A stretch of DNA of 64,000 nucleotides, taken from Candidatus Aphodosoma sp. (GTDB lineage: Bacteria > Bacteroidota > Bacteroidia > Bacteroidales > Paludibacteraceae). Shown here piece after piece: positions 60,395-64,000 of this stretch; position 1 is the first letter of the stretch; every line of letters begins with the position of its first letter. The notes below the pieces were generated by a model. The model was not told the origin of the DNA, ran no database searches, and saw only the letters and a program-made list of their open reading frames with translations. Location: NCBI GenBank assembly GCA_051870785.1, contig JBJECF010000058.1, positions 37,601 through 101,600 of the forward strand, in the 5' to 3' direction. The translations under genes were made by a program, and so were the position numbers.

Positions 60395-62581
60395 TTATTT
60401 TTTCAAAATATCATCAAGCCCATCAAATGTTGTGTCAATAAATGTGTAGTTTATCAACTTAGCTGTATTGATAGGCTGAATTTTAGCATATTGCTTACGG
60501 ACAAATTGGAGTTCAAAGGCAAGACGCAAGTCATCCATTCCTTCTTCCCCTTCTGTTTGCTTAGCTTCTTTTGCTGTAATAGTTCTTACTCTTAGAATCT
60601 CGTACACATCGCGGATGCCTTCACCCTTAATGTATGGCATAAAGAAGTGCAAGTCCTGTAATGCTATAGTAGTTGGGAAATGGCTGCCAGTATAGTATAG
60701 CGAGGCATTACCATCGATGAAACTCTGTAAGTAGTCTTTGCGGCTGCTATTAGTCACCAGTCCTATAAGCACACGGCTGCCCACTTCCACGAATGTCCCC
60801 TTTTGCGGAATCACCTGTGATATAACCTCTTGTGATTTCATTGCTATCAACTGTTTAATGAACTGCTCCAGCAACAGACGGTTGTGTCTGTCTTTCGGAC
60901 GCAGAGGAAAGGCTCCTATATTCACCTCGCTGATACTTTTATAGAAGCGAGACACTTCAACGTCTGCTTTCTCTCCATCACCTGGGAACAGGATATAGCC
61001 ACCTATCACCTCCTTCTTCAAAGATTGCGCATCGTAGTCCTTGTAATAGATGGCATCGCGGTAGCGGTGCATCTGGTTGATGGCATCGTCAGGTGGAATG
61101 TCAACTCCGTTTTGCCTGTCTGCTATGCGATATTTGGCATCAAAAAGATAAGTCATCTTCATGCCCTGCTGCAAGTCGTTCTTGGTAAGTTGCAATACAA
61201 TGTCAGGCTTCTGCGGCACGGTGCGCACCACAAGATCTTTCATTCCCATATCTGAGTTTTCCCGCTCAGTATTTTTGGGATTATAGACCAACTCGGCTAA
61301 TTCCACATTGTCTTTTTTGAAGAGTATGCGTGAATGTTCGCCCTTGCCCAGCTCCCATGTGAACACTCCGTTCATCTCCGCGCGGTTGCGATGGTCAACA
61401 TCCGTATCAGATAGGTGCAGTTTCTCTTTTACAATATGGCTCACCTCAATGAAGCACCATATCTCGTATAGAGTGGCGATGTCCTTCGTCTGTAGTCTGT
61501 ACAAACCGTCATATAGCGAGTAACCTCGGCGAAGCAGATTCCAAGTTCTATACACCTGACTATAGCCTGTAGCCTTGTGAAGCACCATACTTTCCTGACT
61601 CATACCCTTATATCTGCCTACTGTGCGGAAGAACGGGTTGCGTTGCAGATGCCGTAATGTTGAAAGCGTGTTGCGCATTTCTTCCTTTTTCACATCCGAA
61701 ACATTGTTCAGATTCTCTATTCTGCACTTCAAAGCATCATATTTGGATGTTATCTGATTGATGGCGAATTTCAAGAAGCGGTTCTCTTGCGTATCATTGG
61801 TTTGTATCTGTTCCTCAACCCTATAAAGATGTCCGTTTTCATTCCGATGTTCAGCAAGCGTATTCTCTATCTCACGAGGCACCACCTTCAGTTGGTCGGC
61901 ACGCCTGTAGGTCTCTTGTCCATGCAACCTATGTCGGGGACGTTCGATAATGCTCTTGCAGGCACGAATAAACTTCTCCTGTTCTCCGGCAAACACGCTC
62001 CACCATACTATCTCGGGAGTTTCTCCGCTTTGGTCGGGTGAAAAGCCATGAAATGTCCTTCGCATGTAGTCCAGTGACAACATGCGGTATTCAGCCTCTA
62101 TATCCTCGATGATGCTTCGCCAATGTTCATGATAGTCGAGTTTGGTACTCAATACCTCAAAGGAGAAAGTAAAGCGTTTCGTTCCCTCCTTTGTCTCGTA
62201 TATAAGATGTATCTCGCTCTTTCCTATTTCGTTGCCATAGTTAAGGAATCCTGCCAGAATGTGTCTGCGGAAGGTAAACCGCTCGTTGTCACCCTGCAGC
62301 TCCGAGCCAAACTGTGCATCCTTCACGTAGTCGGCAAACTCCACCCATATCGGATAGTCGGCATTGTCGAAGAACACGGCTGGTGCAGTTTCACCTTTTT
62401 CTATTTGCCTTTCTACATCATCGGTGTTCAGAGACACAGACACGACTCCTTCTGTCCAAGAATATGTGGAGTGCAAAGCTTGCTCCCCGATGTTATTCTT
62501 GGCTTTCGTCCAGATGGCATCAAACTTGCCGCACTCGATGCTCATCGTGAAGTCTGCGTGCTGTATGGTCAGGAGTTCCAT
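60395..62581 (-). CDS. DUF2357/McrC-like PD-(D/E)xK nuclease with extra C-terminal domain
   Basis: 728 aa. The N-terminal half resembles DUF2357. Nuclease core ...PQKPDIVLQL...TYLFDAKYRI...NQMHRYRDAI...GGYILFPG fits the D...(D/E)xK motif seen in McrC/DUF524 nucleases. About 145 aa follow with no motif I recognise. Confidence 0.65.
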   Translation of the reverse strand: MELLTIQHADFTMSIECGKFDAIWTKAKNNIGEQALHSTYSWTEGVVSVSLNTDDVERQIEKGETAPAVFFDNADYPIWVEFADYVKDAQFGSELQGDNERFTFRRHILAGFLNYGNEIGKSEIHLIYETKEGTKRFTFSFEVLSTKLDYHEHWRSIIEDIEAEYRMLSLDYMRRTFHGFSPDQSGETPEIVWWSVFAGEQEKFIRACKSIIERPRHRLHGQETYRRADQLKVVPREIENTLAEHRNENGHLYRVEEQIQTNDTQENRFLKFAINQITSKYDALKCRIENLNNVSDVKKEEMRNTLSTLRHLQRNPFFRTVGRYKGMSQESMVLHKATGYSQVYRTWNLLRRGYSLYDGLYRLQTKDIATLYEIWCFIEVSHIVKEKLHLSDTDVDHRNRAEMNGVFTWELGKGEHSRILFKKDNVELAELVYNPKNTERENSDMGMKDLVVRTVPQKPDIVLQLTKNDLQQGMKMTYLFDAKYRIADRQNGVDIPPDDAINQMHRYRDAIYYKDYDAQSLKKEVIGGYILFPGDGEKADVEVSRFYKSISEVNIGAFPLRPKDRHNRLLLEQFIKQLIAMKSQEVISQVIPQKGTFVEVGSRVLIGLVTNSSRKDYLQSFIDGNASLYYTGSHFPTTIALQDLHFFMPYIKGEGIRDVYEILRVRTITAKEAKQTEGEEGMDDLRLAFELQFVRKQYAKIQPINTAKLINYTFIDTTFDGLDDILKK

Positions 62582-62594
62582 CTCTGTTGTTACA

Positions 62595-63395
62595 TTACTT
62601 TATGAGTTTTCTGTTATCATCACCTTCCAGCACCTTCATCTGCTGAATGGCAATCTGATTCAACTTTATCAATCGTTCGCCTTGGGGTAAGCCTTGGTCG
62701 ATGAACACGGCATTGAGGTTTTCCATATTCGAAAGGCAAATCAACTCATTGATTGTTGCATAGTCGCGTATATTACCCTTCTTGTCGGCATTCGCCTCTC
62801 TCCATTGCTTGGCAGTCATGCCAAACATAGCCACATTGAGCACATCAGCCTCATTGGCATAGATGATGCTTGCCTGTTGAGGTGTCACCTCTTCGGGTAT
62901 GATATTTCGCTTTATAGCATCGGTGTGAATCCGATAGTTGATTTTTGAGAGTTCCCGCTTGGCAGACCAGCCTAATAGGCGTTGCTCTTCCTCTTTTAGG
63001 CGTTGGAATTCCTTGACAATATAAACCTTAAATTCAGGACTTATCCACATTGCAAACTCAAAAGCAATGTCTTTGTGAGCGTAAGTACCACCATATCGCC
63101 CGGCTTTAGCCTGCAAAGAAATAGCTTTAGTGCGTTCCACAAATTCCTTGACACTGATTTTGAAACTATTAAGTCCAGCATGACTTTTAATTGTGGCGAA
63201 TTCGCCATAATTAAAAGTAGGGTTATAGACTTTTTCCCATATACCTATGAACTCTAATGTGTTCCTATTGCGAAGCCAATCTGTCACAAAGAAATCTCCA
63301 TCTTTTGCCCTTATCATATCTGTCAGGCAGATATAATCTTCTCCGTTTATTCTTGTAACGGTTACCTCCGTATCTTGAACTTTTATCTTTACCAT
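62595..63395 (-). CDS. KilA-N domain-containing protein
   Basis: GGTYAHKDIAFEFAMWISPEFKVYIVKEFQRLKEEEQ is the hallmark KilA-N core seen in many Bacteroides defence loci. 266 aa. Only 13 nt separate it from the downstream nuclease gene. Confidence 0.8.
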   Translation of the reverse strand: MVKIKVQDTEVTVTRINGEDYICLTDMIRAKDGDFFVTDWLRNRNTLEFIGIWEKVYNPTFNYGEFATIKSHAGLNSFKISVKEFVERTKAISLQAKAGRYGGTYAHKDIAFEFAMWISPEFKVYIVKEFQRLKEEEQRLLGWSAKRELSKINYRIHTDAIKRNIIPEEVTPQQASIIYANEADVLNVAMFGMTAKQWREANADKKGNIRDYATINELICLSNMENLNAVFIDQGLPQGERLIKLNQIAIQQMKVLEGDDNRKLIK

Positions 63396-63466
63396 AATTA
63401 TAATTCTAATTGTCCCGAATTCGGGGTAATTAAAAGTGGTACATTGTGTTCTGAGATTTCAATCTA

Positions 63467-64000
63467 TCAGCTCCAGAAACTTGTATAACCCGAATTGAGC
63501 CTGCCTTTCATTTCCTTCAACTTGGCAATCGAGACGGATTTCACCGTATTCTCCTCACCAGATATTTCACTCAGTCCATCCTTGATGGCATCCATCAGAT
63601 TGTCAAGCAGACTCTCCTTCACCTTTGTGTCATCACCCTCAATGCGGGAAAGAATCTTCATACTCGTTATCTCATCGAGTGCCCTGGCTATGACGTAGCC
63701 TTGCGGCAGGTCGTTGCCATCCTTGTCCTTGCTATAAGGAAGGTTGTTTACCACATAAAGCAGGAACTCGTTACGTGTGCGATATGCCACCTTAAAAGGC
63801 GTGCCCTCCAATATATCGTTTAGCTTGGCAAGATAGTCTATAGCGGTGTCACAAACATCCTTGTTTTCGCTATATACGTCCACTCCTTCCACGGCTGTGC
63901 CCACCAGCTCGTTGTTCCCAATCTTCCCAATCACTTCGTGTCGGTCTGTCAAGCCTCCGTACAGATCCACCTCATTCATCTCTATGGTCATGGCACGGTC
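63467..64000 (-). CDS. C-terminal part of a probable McrB-like AAA+ (AAA_5) NTPase; gene continues past the window end
   Basis: The frame stays open to the window edge (...DRAMTIEMNEVDLYGG...). DRAMTIEMNEVDL resembles the L-DRA-x-x-IE-f segment that follows the ATPase core in McrB-like proteins, and FKVAYRTRNEFLLYV resembles their C-terminal helper region. No Walker motifs lie inside the window. Confidence 0.45.
   Translation of the reverse strand, partial: DRAMTIEMNEVDLYGGLTDRHEVIGKIGNNELVGTAVEGVDVYSENKDVCDTAIDYLAKLNDILEGTPFKVAYRTRNEFLLYVVNNLPYSKDKDGNDLPQGYVIARALDEITSMKILSRIEGDDTKVKESLLDNLMDAIKDGLSEISGEENTVKSVSIAKLKEMKGRLNSGYTSFWS

Noticed and set aside
62123-62690. Plus-strand ORFs of 78-160 codons
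   Set aside because: They are antisense to the McrC-like nuclease and KilA-N genes. Their products are Cys/His/Arg-rich nonsense.
1-64000. Search for CRISPR arrays, rRNA genes, IS elements, integrases, tyrosine-recombinase-flanked invertible promoters and riboswitch-like leaders
   Set aside because: I saw no regularly spaced direct repeats, no transposase or integrase motifs in any ORF and no long terminal inverted repeats. The only tandem DNA repeats found are those reported at 18983..19018 and 45758..45884.

Overview
This window looks like a chromosomal segment of an AT-rich Bacteroidota (Bacteroidales-like) genome. Supporting signs are a fused SecDF, T9SS-type C-terminal sorting domains, many TAnnTTTG -7 promoter motifs, lipoprotein-rich accessory genes and an hmuYRSTUV-type heme locus. 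The backbone genes are murA, murB, secDF, a threonine-aldolase-like PLP enzyme, aqpZ, tRNA-Asp, an RND efflux operon (adaptor-pump-TolC), a PspC/MacAB-like ABC efflux operon with its own TolC, and DMT, rhodanese and M48 genes. The accessory content is the more interesting part. (1) A surface-protein gene of about 10.7 kb (26524..37187) is split into two ORFs by a single frameshift at a CCCTTTT tract. It ends in seven Cys-containing tandem repeats plus a T9SS sorting domain, and a paralog is cut by the window start. (2) An AT-rich islet (about 700..5850) carries a C25 (gingipain-family) peptidase with its own T9SS tail and two convergent paralogous lipoprotein genes, one of them decayed. It abuts a 5'-truncated beta-class DNA methyltransferase remnant. 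(3) An hmuYRSTUV-like heme locus has an extra upstream lipoprotein and a divergently transcribed regulator in which a hemerythrin-like domain is fused to a LuxR HTH. (4) At the right edge, next to an OmpA-gene remnant, lies a McrBC-like defence module: the C-terminal part of a McrB-like NTPase, a KilA-N gene, and a 728-aa DUF2357/PD-(D/E)xK nuclease with an unassigned C-terminal domain. I saw no CRISPR array, rRNA, transposase or integrase. All functional calls come from motif recognition by eye; no database search was run.
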